A stretch of DNA of 64,000 nt, from NCBI GenBank assembly GCA_050575255.1, contig JBNZDD010013536.1:284344-348343 (forward strand), given 5' to 3'. The first letter of the stretch is position 1. Every line of letters starts with the position of its first letter. Below, in pieces: positions 34,561 to 48,565 of this stretch. The translations under genes and the position numbers were made by a program. The notes beneath the pieces were generated by a model. The model did not search any database and was not told the DNA's origin. It worked only from the letters and a program-made list of their open reading frames with translations. Source of the DNA: Harriotta raleighana. Its lineage: Eukaryota.

Positions 34561-37554
34561 TCTGTTTGCAAATTTGGATGGCTCATCTGCAACAGCAATG
34601 TGTTCAGATGAGGAGTTAAAGCAACAGGAATGAGTGGAAAATATTATTATTGCTGATAAGTTAAAACGATCAAGATTACCATCTGCTTTCGTCTCCTGAC
34701 CATATCTTGACATTACCCTTGAGAACTACATAAGAATGAAGTCACAAGAGCATCTTTTACTCCAGTAGCAAGAATCCTGGTAACATTGTACCCAGAACTC
34801 TTATTAAAAATATAGATGATGGTTCCCTGAAGGTATAAATAGGTAATTGCTCTGATCACGGGGGGGGAGGGGGGGAAATGATGTTAAATGTGAATGAATT
34901 ATAGAATAAAGGCTGATTTCAATGATTAATTTATGGTGCCTCAGTATTTCATAATAGACTATTAAAAAAAATCTCTCGACTCATCAAAGTATCAGCCTGT
35001 GTGGAACATGATTTTGATTTGATTTAGGAATATTTTGTTAATACAGTAGGTGGAGGGGGAGAAATTCTAGTCAGCGTCATCTGTAGTGCCTTTGGCGAGG
35101 TCACAAATGGATGTGATTTCTCACTGCCAGAGTTTCTACATGTAATGCAGAATAGAATGTTTGCCCAAAGAAATGATCCTAAAATGTGGCTATTTAATTG
35201 GATTCTCTAATAGGGAATATATAATAATAATAATAATAATAATCCTTGCATTTGATATAGCACTTTATCACGACTTCAAGAAGTCTCAAGACGTTTCTCA
35301 GTTTTAGCACAGTTAGTATTCCTACTGACACACAGGAATTTTGTTATGGCAGATGGTGTCAGAGTGAAGAATCCACGGGGTAGAGTGACACGCTTTGGTT
35401 ACCACAATAACTCTTAATTTACATAATTTATTATGGTACAAATTCTGAAATTCCATATTGCGTTTAAGAACCCCAATAAGTTTTCTCAGATTTGTTTTCA
35501 CTCATCTCAGATAGGTGAGACCTCAGTTTAATGTCTCATCTAAAGGATGGCAACATTGATAAAGCAATTGTTGTTGTTGTTGTTGTTGTTAATACCCTGG
35601 ACTACAGTGTCAGTTTAGCCTGTGTGAGTTCAAGTCCTGAATGCCCAGTTGCCCTGAGTAGGTGGTAGTAGGTCAACTTAAGTGACTAATTAATGAATTA
35701 CATCTCTATACTCTTCTCCTGCACCCAATTACTTCCTCCAAGAGGTAGGATTCTGCTCTGAAACAGCTAGTCTACTTCTGAATTCCAGGATGTATGTATT
35801 ATCAATATACCATCAAGCAGAAATTGTTTTAGACAAAAGCAAGAATTAATTTGCAACACTACCCATACAAATAGTGCCTTTGATCACTTTCCTTACCCTA
35901 CCCTCCCTACCCTCCATTTCTGATCCCAAATACAAGCTTGGATCCAAATCCCTGACCGTCCAAACGTAATTTGTTGTTGTTATAGATCTGAACACTAATG
36001 GCCATAGGTTCTTAAGAATACTTTGAAGGCACCTTAAATTTATTGTTCACCAAATTCAGATAGAAATCAATTTCTTAAATAGCAAACTCTCACATATTTC
36101 GCCCACAAAATATAGAGTCAATTCACATTACAGTATTTTCTGTGAAGTGCTTTGAGACATCTCAAGGATAATCTAGGTAAGAGGCTATATTAAATGCAAA
36201 GATTATTATTACAATTGATTCTGCAAGACCGCAGAACACTAATGCCATATTAGAACATTTATTATTAGAACAATTTGCCAATAAAAATGATTTCCCTTCT
36301 GGATAACACCTGGACAAATGATCAAATATAAACTGTGTTATATGCAGCTCTATCAGAACAACAACAACAAACTTACATTTATTAAAACATGCTGCAACAC
36401 AACTGTAAGAGTGATTCAGCATGTAGAGCGTTAAAAATGCATGTAAACCTAGATTCTAAAAAATCTACCATCAGAAATTCTCAGCAGCCATTGAGATATT
36501 GCACTAATCTCGAAGCAAACAGGTTCACAAGGTCAGTCATTGGGATTGATCATTTGACTTATTTCAAGAGATTTATGCCTAAAGACTTCCAAACTACTAA
36601 ACCAATCTGCATTACAGCACATAAATATTATGAGGTTTATATTTAGTCTTTAAAATAAGTCAGTGCATGTGAAGGATTCGAGTAGAAATTTGTCATTGAC
36701 ACTGTAAATATAAAATGCAGAATGAAATGAAATACACAAAATACCTCTGAGGTTCATAACATATTCAATATCACATGGTCTGTGTCGAATAATAATACAT
36801 ACATCTAATGGCAGAACAACTAATTTGACTTTGTACAGATTTACAATCCGGTTAAAACAGAATGTTATATACAGTATATATTATGTCTGGAGTTGAAACA
36901 TTGCTTGGTTTCCACTGCAAAGAACTAAATTGCTGCAGAGATGGAGGATTAGATTATTTTGTCATATGAATCTCACTGTCATCATCTGCAGAGTGAATCA
37001 TAGCTACGGAGATGATGGGTTGCTTTTTCACCTCTGTCTGCCCAAGATTGAGGAAGACAGGAATCCCACAGAGACAACAAGATACAGTATTAACATTCCA
37101 GTCTGTGCTACATGCCTCAAAACACAAATAATTAATCTTTTTTTAATCATCCAGAATTGAAAGAAATATTCAAGGTTATTGGGAAAGAATACAAGGTCTC
37201 ATTAAACACGCCCATTCAACTGATTACATCATTCAATTTAAATGCAAGGATTATTAAATTAAGATTCACCAACATAAGAAGTGCTTTGTAACCTCGTATT
37301 GCATCATAACTGAGATCAAAAACAAGAACGAGTGCCACAATGTAGGAGAAGCTTGTGTCTTATCAAATAAACAAACACTCAAAAATAAGGATAGATAATT
37401 GACACTTAAGAAGTTGTCTTTCTTCAGGAAAGTAGAATATTTTGGGGTGGGGGCAAAACGGATTAAATTAAAATATTTACTAGATCCTCTATACTTGATT
37501 TAATAAAAACGAGAGACACGTTTACACGCCTAGAAAACAATTGAATAATTTACC

Positions 37555-38290
37555 AAACAACAACAATAATTTACATTTAAAGAACAGAGTCTAACAATGC
37601 CACAAAGGGAGAGGGAGTGGGGAGGTGACTCAAGCAGCACAATCAAAAGGGTAGGTTTTAGGTGAGATTTGAAGTTGCGGAGGGATTGAGGGATAGAGCT
37701 CCAGAGTTTGGGTTCTGAAGGCACTCTGGAGCGGAGTGGAATGGAGGGCAACAAGAGAAAATTAGGAGGCCAGAGCCAGCTGCTTGGAGGCAGCAAATGA
37801 TAGGGGGAGAGGGTGAGGGGGATAAGCCGTTGGATAGGTATAGAGGTGCATTCCTCTGAGTCGACCTACTTGGCGATTGGTTGTCAGTGGAGCCTGGGGA
37901 AGACTGGAGTACAGAATTTTGTGCGGGTGAGTATCCAGATAGCAGAGTTTTCAATTAATTTAATTTTAGAGTTGGGGAGACTTGCAGTGAGGGTATTGGA
38001 ATAGTCTAGCCGGGAAGTGATTAAGGCATGGTCAAGGGTTTTGGCTCCATTGGTTGTGAGGTATGGATGGAGGCAGGCTATGCGGTGGAGGGGCAAAAAC
38101 ACAGTCCTGGTCGGAAACAGATGTGCGGTAGAGAGGAAAGTTAGGGATTGAACCTGACGCCTGAATTGCACACAGGTTCAGAGTCTGTGGGAAAGCCCAG
38201 AGAGGTTGAGGAATTCAGACCCGCAGGAGACAAGACGTTGAAGGGAGCCAAAGAGTATTGCTTCCGTCTTGCCGACATTCAGCTGCAGAC
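37555..38290 (-). mobile_element. old L2 fragment
   Basis: Translation AKTLDHALITSRLDYSNTL...KLIENSA. Confidence 0.8.
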
Positions 38291-38359
38291 ACATACAACA
38301 ATAACTAACATTTATATAGCTCCCCTCACACCAGGTAGCATCTCGGAGCACTCAGACAG

Positions 38360-38825
38360 CATTATTCTCTTTGGGTTGCTGATGCCCTGCTCCATACACA
38401 AGCTACAATCTATTCGGTACTCTCCAGTCTGTGCCCTCTCCCGCACGAGATTCCCCAACCTTTTCAACCACATCCTCGCTCGACTTCACTGGCTCCTTAT
38501 TCCACATGTCCCAGTGGATTGAATTCAAGATCCAGATCCTCATATTCACATCCCTCCATGGCTTTGCATCACCCTATCTCTGTGATCTCCTACAACTCAA
38601 CTGACCTGACTGTTTTGTTTGTTCAGCAAACACTTGCCTACATCATGTTTCCTGTCATATTCATCCCAATTATCAGTGGGCGAGCTTAGAACTCGAAACA
38701 ATAGATCCTCTGACTCATTCCCTCCCTTTCTCAGTTGTAAAGCTCACTTCCTCCAGGCTTGGATGCCAAGACACCGGTGCAGAGTGACTTGAAACATCCT
38801 TCTGATATGAAAGGCGCTATATAAA
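38360..38825 (+). mobile_element. old L2 3' fragment
   Basis: Translation HKLQSIR...ILARLHWL; tail GAAACATCCTTCTGATATGAAAGGCGCTATATAAAT. Confidence 0.8.
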
Positions 38826-39417
38826 TTATATTATACTATACTGATAAATATCACATATATATGATGAGGTTGACGAGCTTTAACGGCATAATATTTTTGA
38901 AGACTTAGATGAATGAAACCACTTTAATGAACTTTTTTACAGATAGTTGATTTAATTATTAGTTGTTCATTAGATTAGAATTTAGAGAGTCATCCCACTT
39001 TCATTCATTCAGCCTTTGAACCTTCTATTTCATTGTCGCACCAAATCAAAGACAACAAAGTTATAATTTTAATGAAGGTCACACATCTACTTAATATGCT
39101 ATCATCTACTTTAATAACTGAAGGACCCTGTGTGGATCACGAGCATATCTGATCAATTCCTCCAGCATGCATCCAGTGCTCAAAAGATAATATAATGCTG
39201 GCATTTCAATGGAAGGCCATCTGTTACATTGGAATCTATTGCAAGGAGTTGTGTTTGGCAAAGCAAATCTACATGCTGTTATCTTCAGTAATCAGCAACC
39301 ACTTTAATCAACATTCACTCATTGGAGGAAACATCTATTTAATGAGTCGTCTATGGGCAAACGAGCTAAAGATGCCCTAATTGGAAATGACTCTTGTCGA
39401 GAGGGAAACTCAATTTC

Positions 39418-40510
39418 AACAGCAACAACTTGCATTTGTACAAGTTGTCCTCTCAATGCTGGACGGCATCTCAGAGCGCTTCGCAACCGAGGAGCCCGAG
39501 GCCACTGACAGGGGGAGGGCGGGGTGTCTGTAGGCGCTGTCAAAGAGGAAGGTCTTCGGGAGCGACCTGAAGGTGGGGAGTGAGAAGGTGAGGCAAAGGA
39601 TTTGAGGGCAGGAGTTCCAATGTTTTAGGGCGTAGTAACTGAAAGCACGGCCACCAATGGCAGAGCGGAGGATTCGGGGACGAGGAGAAGGCTGGATCTA
39701 GTACAGTGGAGGCACAGGGTACTGCAGTGAGGAGGCAGGACGTTAGAGAGGTAGGGGGGAGCGAGGAGCCAAAGAATCCTGCTGACATTTAACTGCAGGA
39801 AATTTGTGCTCATCCAGCTCTTTATATGCGGGAGACAAGCTGACAGAATATCAGGGCACCAGAGGTTGCAGCTGGCGGTGGAAAAGTAGAGTTAAGTGTC
39901 ATTGAATATATGTGGAGGTTATGTCTCTGTGGATGACATCGCCGAGAGGGAGCATGTAAATGAGGAAGAGAAGGGGGCCAATGATGGATCCTTGAGGTAC
40001 GCGGGCGGAAGCGAGAAGAAAAATTATTTGCAGAAATGTAGAGCTGCTGGTTTGTGTAGGACTCGAAACAAATGAGTGTGGCTCCACAGAGGTGGATGAT
40101 GGAGATCAGGCGGTGGAGGAGGATGGCGTAGTCGACTGTAACGAGCATTACAAAGATCCAGGAGGATGAGGAGGCAGGGGGAGCCCTGGTCACAGATAGA
40201 GAGGACATTGTTTGTGACTTTCACGAGCGCTGTCTCTGTACTGTGGGAAGGGTGGAAGCCGGACCGGAGGGGTTCGAGTAAGGTAGCGAGGAAGAGTTGT
40301 GCGTGTAGTTGGTTGGCAACAATCCATTTCGGAGCTTTTGCAAGGAAGGGCAGGTTTGAGATAGGGCGATAGTGGTTGAGGTTGGGGGCATCGAGGGTTG
40401 GTTTCTTAAGAAAGGAGTTGATAACCGCTGTTTCTAGGGGGAGTGGAACTGATCCTTAGGAGAGGGACTAGTTAATGGTGTCTGTCAGCAGTGGACAGAG
40501 AAGGGGGAGC
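39418..40510 (-). mobile_element. L2 LINE fragment including RT
   Basis: Translations VPQGSIIGPLLFLIYMLPLGDVI and SPCLLILLDL; L2 tail at 39418-39490. Confidence 0.88.
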
Positions 40511-41417
40511 TGGAACAGTTGGTACGGTTTAAGGAGATCATAAAGGTACAGGAGGTAAATGGAGAGATATTGGACAGGCAATTAAGAAGGGTAGACGAGA
40601 TGCTCAGTTGAAGTATAAACATTAGCACTGACGAATTAGGCTGAAAGGTGTGCCATAAATTTCCGTGCTGTACAATCCATGCAATTCTGTATCATTCTAA
40701 CACAAATCATACGACTCAATTACTGACCCCGAGTTTGTTTCTCAAGATTTAGATCATTGTGATCCAGAGTAGGGCAAAGAAATGCGGAATCTGAAAAGGC
40801 CACTTGCAGAGTGCAGTTTGTTAACTGGAATATCAACGTTTTTGAGTTTTTGCATCAATTATCTCACAAGCCACCAGCAATCTCCCACCAAACAAGGTCA
40901 TTCACTTCACTGCTGTTTGCAAAACATTGCTGTGCAGAAATTTGCTGCCACATTCACCTCAGTCATGAGGTGGCATATTCAATCCTCTCGTAGCCATTTT
41001 GAAACTCAGAATTCGGTATGGAGTCAGATCAAATTATTGACAAACTTTACACTACAGTGTGTTTTAGGTACACATTGTAGCTTTAAATTTGCGAATAGGA
41101 GTCAGATTGCCTTTCACTAAACTTATTGGCAAACTGATCAAAATGACTGCCAAAGCGCATGGTAGCAGAGAGCATTACATCAGTACATAATAGTTTATGC
41201 AATTTATCCAGTAACATTAATCAAACAATGCGTAGCTTTGCGCTTTCCACTCTACAGCTCTAGTCATATCAAGGCTAATCAATCAGATGGAATCTTAACT
41301 GACAGCCAACTTAGAGTAAGAAGCTGAAATGCATAAACCAGATGCAGTCAATCAGAATATGAAAAAAGCACTTTTGAACAGCAACTTTTTTTTAATCAGC
41401 ATGGGAAGGAGAAAACG

Positions 41418-41575
41418 TCCTGTAGCTCAGTGATTAGAGCACTCGCTTTACAAGAGTGAGACCTGCGTTTCGAATCCAGGCAGGTCAGGGTGCAACCTTG
41501 AGTAAGTTTCCTTACTCTATACGCCCAATAATAATCCATCCAAAAAAACCTATAATAAATTGGGCATTTCAATCC
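41418..41575 (+). mobile_element. SINE family 1 head (GGTCA-insertion variant)
   Basis: TCCTGTAGCTCAGTGATTAGAGCACTCGCTTTACAAG...CGAATCCAGGCAGGTCAGGG. Confidence 0.85.
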
Positions 41576-41639
41576 ACCTTTTAAAGTTAAAGTCATCTCA
41601 ATAAAACACAACCCCATCTCAGCATATAAAATCAGCAGA

Positions 41640-41790
41640 TATGAATATAAGAACAAAAGAAGTAGGAGCAGGAGTGGGTCATTTGGCCCCTCGAGCTTGT
41701 CCCAGCTTTTGATAAAATCATGCCTGATCTTCTAACCTAATTCCACAAACCTGCCCTATTCCCAAATCCCTTAATCCCTTTAGCGTCTAC
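41640..41790 (-). mobile_element. CR1 (HER1-like) 3' end
   Basis: ATAAGAACAAAAGAAGTAGGAGCAGGAGTGGGTCATTTGGCCCCTCGAG. Confidence 0.75.
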
Positions 41791-42249
41791 AGAAAACTAA
41801 ATATGCTTTATTGATTTGTCTGACATTCATGTTACTGATATACAGTATTTTCCTCCAGCTACTTGACAAAACCAAACGGGCTACACATCTGACCCAGATG
41901 GCTTCTGGGGACGCAGATAAATCAGACATTTGCCATGCTCTAATCCATGTACCAAGTATTGGTTAACTCTGCACATGAATTGCAAGTGCAATCTATTGGA
42001 CAACAATGCTAGTAGGACAATAAAGTTGCACAGACAGGAGAAACAATGTTAAAATCTTTACCATTGGAATTGACAAAGGATAGACAATCTTTCTTTTAAA
42101 TGGGTCAGATATGCAATATATTTTTCTTGGCCATGTTCTCTTAAATAAGTAGGAATCCGCTTGTTAGTCGATTGGCAGATCCACAAGTGCAAGTTTACTG
42201 AGCAGTAAGTAGAAACTTGTTTGTTAATTGATTGGTTGATCATTTTACT

Positions 42250-42650
42250 GTGGATTGAAATGACCAATCTAAAGTGTTACAGTTTTTTTTGGGATGGATT
42301 ATTATGAGGCGAGTGGAGTAAGGAAACGTACCCAAGATTTTGCCCTGACCTGCCTGGATTCAAAACACAGGTCTCACGGTTGTAAGGCAATACTTTGAGC
42401 TACAGGACCTAATTCCACAGACCCGCCCTATCATAATAATAATAATACCATTGACCATTCAAATACCATTGATGGAGTGGTCATTCAACCCACCACTGAT
42501 TTGTAGGACACTGCTGTGTGTGATTAGCTGTGGCATTTTGCCCACAAATATACAGTCAATTCATTTTACAATATATTCTGTGAAGTGCTTTGAGACGTGT
42601 AGAAGACATTAAAAGACACTATATCAAATAAAAGAATTATTATTATTATT
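42250..42650. mobile_element. SINE family 1 pieces (reverse head, forward tail)
   Basis: Reverse head at 42250-42408; forward body and tail at 42480-42650. Confidence 0.8.
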
Positions 42651-43286
42651 CTAAACACCTGAATCAGACACCTTAACCTCTGAAGCCCTAGGATACATGG
42701 CGCAAGTTGACATGACCTCTTATCATAGCTATTTACATGTGTTTATTAAGATGCTTATTATGATATATTTAAATTGATTTGTGAATGGGAGTAGGAGTGC
42801 ATGTGCTGAGCGAATGATTTAAATGAACAATGGGCAATGTGGTGCAAAATACGCTCCAAGGATTATTATTGATTGTTATCATACCTCAATCATCTTCCAC
42901 TCAAGCTACAAGATATGTTTCAACAAATACTATCTCACAAATGATCTGTTCTTGTCATGTTCTTGTCACCAATATTAAAAATAAAGTTGACTTACCATTT
43001 TGATCCCCTCCAAATCAAATGCAAGAATCTCTCCCAATGTTAAGGTGAAAAGGGGATTTGTGGTTTATGTCATGAATTCATCGTTCGTCCTTTTGAGAAC
43101 CCAAGAACACAAAGCCTAATGACCAGGAAATGTGATGAATTGCGCAGTGTTTTGCGACTATTCATTTTGGCATTTGATCGCACACTGTTACTATACTGGA
43201 AGATGTATGAAGTGAGTACTGTGTACTTAACACAATTACAGACAATATAGAGAACCGTGGTAACACCATATGTGTCTCTATTCATA

Positions 43287-44155
43287 NNNNNNNNNNNNNN
43301 NNNNNNNNNNNNNNNNNNNNNNNNNNNNNNNNNNNNNNNNNNNNNNNNNNNNNNNNNNNNNNNNNNNNNNNNNNNNNNNNNNNNNNNNNNNNNNNNNNNN
43401 NNNNNNNNNNNNNNNNNNNNNNNNNNNNNNNNNNNNNNNNNNNNNNNNNNNNNNNNNNNNNNNNNNNNNNNNNNNNNNNNNNNNNNNNNNNNNNNNNNNN
43501 NNNNNNNNNNNNNNNNNNNNNNNNNNNNNNNNNNNNNNNNNNNNNNNNNNNNNNNNNNNNNNNNNNNNNNNNNNNNNNNNNNNNNNNNNNNNNNNNNNNN
43601 NNNNNNNNNNNNNNNNNNNNNNNNNNNNNNNNNNNNNNNNNNNNNNNNNNNNNNNNNNNNNNNNNNNNNNNNNNNNNNNNNNNNNNNNNNNNNNNNNNNN
43701 NNNNNNNNNNNNNNNNNNNNNNNNNNNNNNNNNNNNNNNNNNNNNNNNNNNNNNNNNNNNNNNNNNNNNNNNNNNNNNNNNNNNNNNNNNNNNNNNNNNN
43801 NNNNNNNNNNNNNNNNNNNNNNNNNNNNNNNNNNNNNNNNNNNNNNNNNNNNNNNNNNNNNNNNNNNNNNNNNNNNNNNNNNNNNNNNNNNNNNNNNNNN
43901 NNNNNNNNNNNNNNNNNNNNNNNNNNNNNNNNNNNNNNNNNNNNNNNNNNNNNNNNNNNNNNNNNNNNNNNNNNNNNNNNNNNNNNNNNNNNNNNNNNNN
44001 NNNNNNNNNNNNNNNNNNNNNNNNNNNNNNNNNNNNNNNNNNNNNNNNNNNNNNNNNNNNNNNNNNNNNNNNNNNNNNNNNNNNNNNNNNNNNNNNNNNN
44101 NNNNNNNNNNNNNNNNNNNNNNNNNNNNNNNNNNNNNNNNNNNNNNNNNNNNNNN
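43287..44155. other. assembly gap
   Basis: Run of N. Confidence 1.
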
Positions 44156-44356
44156 ATGGACTCTAGAAGTTTGCCCACTACCGAAGTTAGACTGACTGGT
44201 CTGTAGTTACCAGGTTTGTCCTTCTGCCCCTTTTTATACAATGGAGTAATATTAGCCACCCTCCAGTCCGCTGGCACGACCCCTGTGTCCAAGGAAGATT
44301 GAAAGATCGTGGCCAGAGTCTCTGCTATTTGCTCCCGTGCCTCCCTTAGTAACCTA
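44156..44356 (-). mobile_element. young CR1 LINE ORF2 (RT N-terminal part) running into the gap
   Basis: Translation DTGVVPADWRVANITPLYKKGQKDKPGNYRPVSLTSVVGKLLES, the canonical CR1 RT motif. Confidence 0.93.
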
Positions 44357-44769
44357 ATTAAAAAAACATTTTAGATTCACTTATCATGTTTATTTCCCTG
44401 CTGATACAATCTCTTTGCTCATTTGTATCCCTTTTCTGAGAATTATTCTGCCTTNTGAAACGCGCTCTATAAATGTAATTTTGTTGTTGTTGTTGTTGTT
44501 ACCTATTTTCTACTTCACGTTTTTTGTTTCAGTGAACCTTTTTAACTTCTAAGCATTCTTTCCTATTCTGCTGGCTATTATCCCATTGGACAAGCCTTAG
44601 TCTTTNTCAAATTGATATTTCTGTTTACTTTCCTGTCTCTTGGCTGCTTCTTACCTATTTTCTACTTCATGTTTTTTGTTTCAGTGAACCTTTTTAACTT
44701 CTAAGCACTCTTTCCTATTCTGCTGGCTATTATCCCATTGGACAAGCCTTAGTCTTCCTTTAGGAATCT

Positions 44770-45320
44770 CGGAGTGTTAGAGTTTGATGACTGAGCCAGG
44801 AAATGGGGGGAGGTGACCTTAGACACAATCGAAGAGTAAGGACTTCAGGTGTGATCTGAAGATTGGGAAGGAGGAGGCAAGGCAAAGCGATAGAGGAAGA
44901 AAGTTCCATCATTTTGAGGAGTAGTGTCTGAAAGTATGGCTATCACTGGTGGAGCGGAGAGGACAAGAGATGTACAGAAAGCCGGAGCCAGCTGAGTGAA
45001 GGTGGTGCACAGAAACGTGGGGTGTAAGGAGGTCAAAGAGGTAGGGAGAAATATTATTATATCAATATTGTTATGGTTTGTTACTGATATAAACCTAATA
45101 ATTATGAGAAAGAATACTATTGTTGCCTAATTCAAGACCCACCTCAAGGCCTTCCTCTTTGACTGTGCTTTCGATCAACCTCCTACAGCCCTCCCCAATA
45201 CAGCCTGCCTTCCACCCTCCTCAATCCCTACCGCCAGCTCGGATCCAGAAAATTGTCTGTCCAGCACCTTGGGACATCTTCTTGACCTGCACTAATTTTA
45301 TTGTTGCTGTTGTTGTTATC
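44770..45320. mobile_element. two L2 3' fragments (minus, then plus)
   Basis: Minus fragment ~44770-45050; plus tail at 45130-45320 with CAGCACCTTGGGACATC. Confidence 0.7.
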
Positions 45321-48009
45321 TCACTAATGGTAATGAAAATAACCATACGATTTGGTGGTAAAGAAGGCAAAATAAAGACTTAAAGCTGAGATGTAAAGGA
45401 AAGCCATCTTAAATGAAGCATTTTATTCCATTGAAACACTGGATACAGTACTTGCAAGTATTAGATATCCAGTTGACGAAACGAGAACAAATGCTTGAGG
45501 TGAAATAGAATGAGATATGGATGGCTTGATGTGTTCATTGGAATAAGGAGTGATGGGGGTACAGCTGTCTAAACATGGGAGGAGAAGCATGAAACACATG
45601 AAGTGGAGAGAAAGGCAGATTGATGGGGTTAGGAATAAGGAGGAAAGGGTGGCAGACGTACTGTGTATGGTGGGGTGGTGGTGGGGGGGGTTGGTGGTTG
45701 TTAGTCTCCTCATCATTGTCACGTGGATTTTCACTTACACACAAAGTAGTTACCAGAAATAAGAACCCCCAATTTTCTGAAACTTCTGTCCCAATTTACA
45801 GCTGTTACAGACACATATTTTCTTGCATTATAATGCAGACAATAGGATAAAAGAAGTAATCTTCCTCTAAGAATTGGTACTGTTATTTCCTAGCTTTAAG
45901 AGACGTACCTGGTGATTTAGGATTAATCTTTTGTTGCACAGGTAGATTGTGACGCAATAGGAACTGCTGGAAGCAACTGCCTGTGACATTAATAATAAAC
46001 TGTCCTTGGAGCATTTTTAAAGCAAACTAATTCTGATGCAGATGTAGGTATCAGCACAATACAGAATGCTCCAGGTGATTGTGGTTAAGTCAAGATGTCT
46101 CTCAGGGTAGCAATTTCATGAATTTTAAATTCTTGATTGTACATGAATGGGGTCAAGGAATGTGTTCATGCATGTGATAAATCAGAGCCAGACAGATGTT
46201 ACCATCAAAGCGTATCAGGTTACAATTAATTTGTTTGAGGAGATTTGAATTCAAGCAAAATCTCCTGAAGCAAATTTTGTAATATTTTATCAATTGGCTG
46301 CCGTGTTTTCACCCACAAATATAGTGTCAATTCACTTTACAGAGAAGCGCTTTGAGACATCTAGAATACGTGAAAAGCACTATATCAAATGCAAGGATTA
46401 TTATTATGATGAGTATTGAAAGTATATTAAGCCTCAGTAATAATAATCATATACAATTCTCTCCCTATGTTTTTCTCCTCTGTGTGATTGCTATTTATAA
46501 TGCACTATTACCTCAGCAAGGCATTAATTGGTTGGCTTAATCATCACAGTATATTTACTGATCGGTGAGCGTATAATTTTAAAAAAATATTATGAACTCC
46601 CTTTGCTGGATGTTGGTAAGTTTACAGATGATTGGAGATTCATCCCTTAAGGAACAAATTCTTCCCAATAACTTTAAATAGTGAATGCTACTTTAGGGTA
46701 AGGAATACCTAACTTCTCTCACATTTTGGAGAAAATGTTCTCAAAGTTAAGATTGGAATTTTGGAAAAGAGTTTTACTAATAATCCTTGTATTTGACATA
46801 GCACTTCATCGTGCCTTTGTGACGACTCAAAGTATTTCACAGAATATATTGTAAAGTGAATTGACGGTATATTTTGTGGTGAAACGTAGCAGCCTATTGC
46901 ACACAGTAGCGTCCCACAAGCATTGCCCTGAAATTGCCTTTTGCCAAATGTCTTTTGTCCTTTTGTCTTGTTGTCTTAGTTTGAAAGATTATCTACAATC
47001 TTCATTTCGGATTCTGGAAACTCAACACTCAAATTTAGGTTGAATTCAGGACTGTTTACCAAAATGCCGTTGGTTTTAAATTTTAATGGTTTTAAGCCTC
47101 AAGATTGTAAAAAACAAACTGCTGCTGGAGATCACAGTGGTAACATTTCTCTGTAATTGGAAGTGTAGGGCTTAAACCTCAACATGTCTTAATTGTGGCT
47201 CATGGCAATAATAAGAAATTAATGGCAGAAACATCCAATCTCTCTCTGCTCTCTGGGTCTCCGTCCTGGAAGGAATTCAAACCCTGTCTTGAAAACTTAG
47301 CTCATTTGAAAACTTGTCCTGAAACCTATCTTCAACAGTGCTTTCAGCCACATCTCCCCACCCAACTAACCACCTCCCCCCACTCTAGCACCCAGTCTGC
47401 TGTGAGATGCACTTTGAAATATCCTCCCAACAAAAAAGTCAGAAACTTGTGAGTTCAAACACCACTTAAGGACTTTGAGCTCATAGTCTAAATTGACACT
47501 TGAGTGCAGTGCAAGGAGAACATTGTACTGTTTCAAAGTGCTTTGAAGGATGTACTGTAAAGCAGTAAATTTGCACAAAGCAACGTCCCACAAACTGCCA
47601 TAAAGCAATNCAGTGCAAGGAGAACATTGTACTGTTTCAAAGTGCTTTGAAGGATGTACTTACAGTACATTTGCACAAAGCAACGTCCCACAAACTGCCA
47701 TAAAGCAATGTACAGTACTAGTTTTATCTGTGGGTCTCTTCTCTTTACAAGTAGTCCTTTGGGATTCTTAATGTCCACCTCCGCAGGCAGAAGGTTTAAT
47801 GATTCAATAAAAGGACAGAATCACAATGGAGTACCCACTCCCCACCCCCCCACCCCAGCACGGCATTGGAGTGTCGGCCTAGACAATATGAGTTCAAAGT
47901 CTCGACACAACACACTTGAATTCACAAACCTGTGATTTTTTTTATTGGTCNGGCCTAGACAATATGAGTTCAAAGTCTCGACACAACACACTTGAATTCA
48001 CAAACCTGT

Positions 48010-48565
48010 GATTTATTTTATTGGTCATTCAGGTGTCTGACACAATGCGGAAACCCATCACCAGGCTTAAAATGAAGCTGAGATTTCCATGCATCCCATC
48101 TACANCATTCAGGTGTCTGACACAATGCGGAAACCCATCACCAGGCTTAAAATGACGCTGAGATTTCCATGCATCCCATCTACACAGAAATAAATTGTTG
48201 GATTGGAATTTGCATGCTCTCCCTAAAGAGACTCTCCCTGCTTAACTAATTCGGGAAAGTATCAAGTGCAGGATGGCAAGAGTCAAGACTTGGGGACCTC
48301 AGAGTGTGCGTTGGGCTACTGCTGGGATCTAACTAGTTAAAACCATTTAGTTTGCCTTTGATATTGCTGTCTGCCCAGTTTTCCCACTGCTTATCCTGCA
48401 AGGACCACCCTAACTGTTAGAGCTTTGGCTTGCAGAGGTTGACAGGAGCTGAGTGGGATAACTCCCTGCTCCCAGTAATTGGTCTGCCTTCCAGGTCCTG
48501 GCAATGTGCCCTGGAATACTGTGGACCCATCTGGCTCAGGAATTGGACTACTAAGACTGATGACC
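48010..48565. repeat. module B (reverse), spacer and module A (forward) of unclassified repeat
   Basis: GTGTCTGACACA..GGAAACCCATCACC..CTGAGATTTCCATG (B reverse), then CCCACTGCTTATC..GGACCACCCTA..GGTTGACAGGAGCTGAGTGGG (A). Confidence 0.75.
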
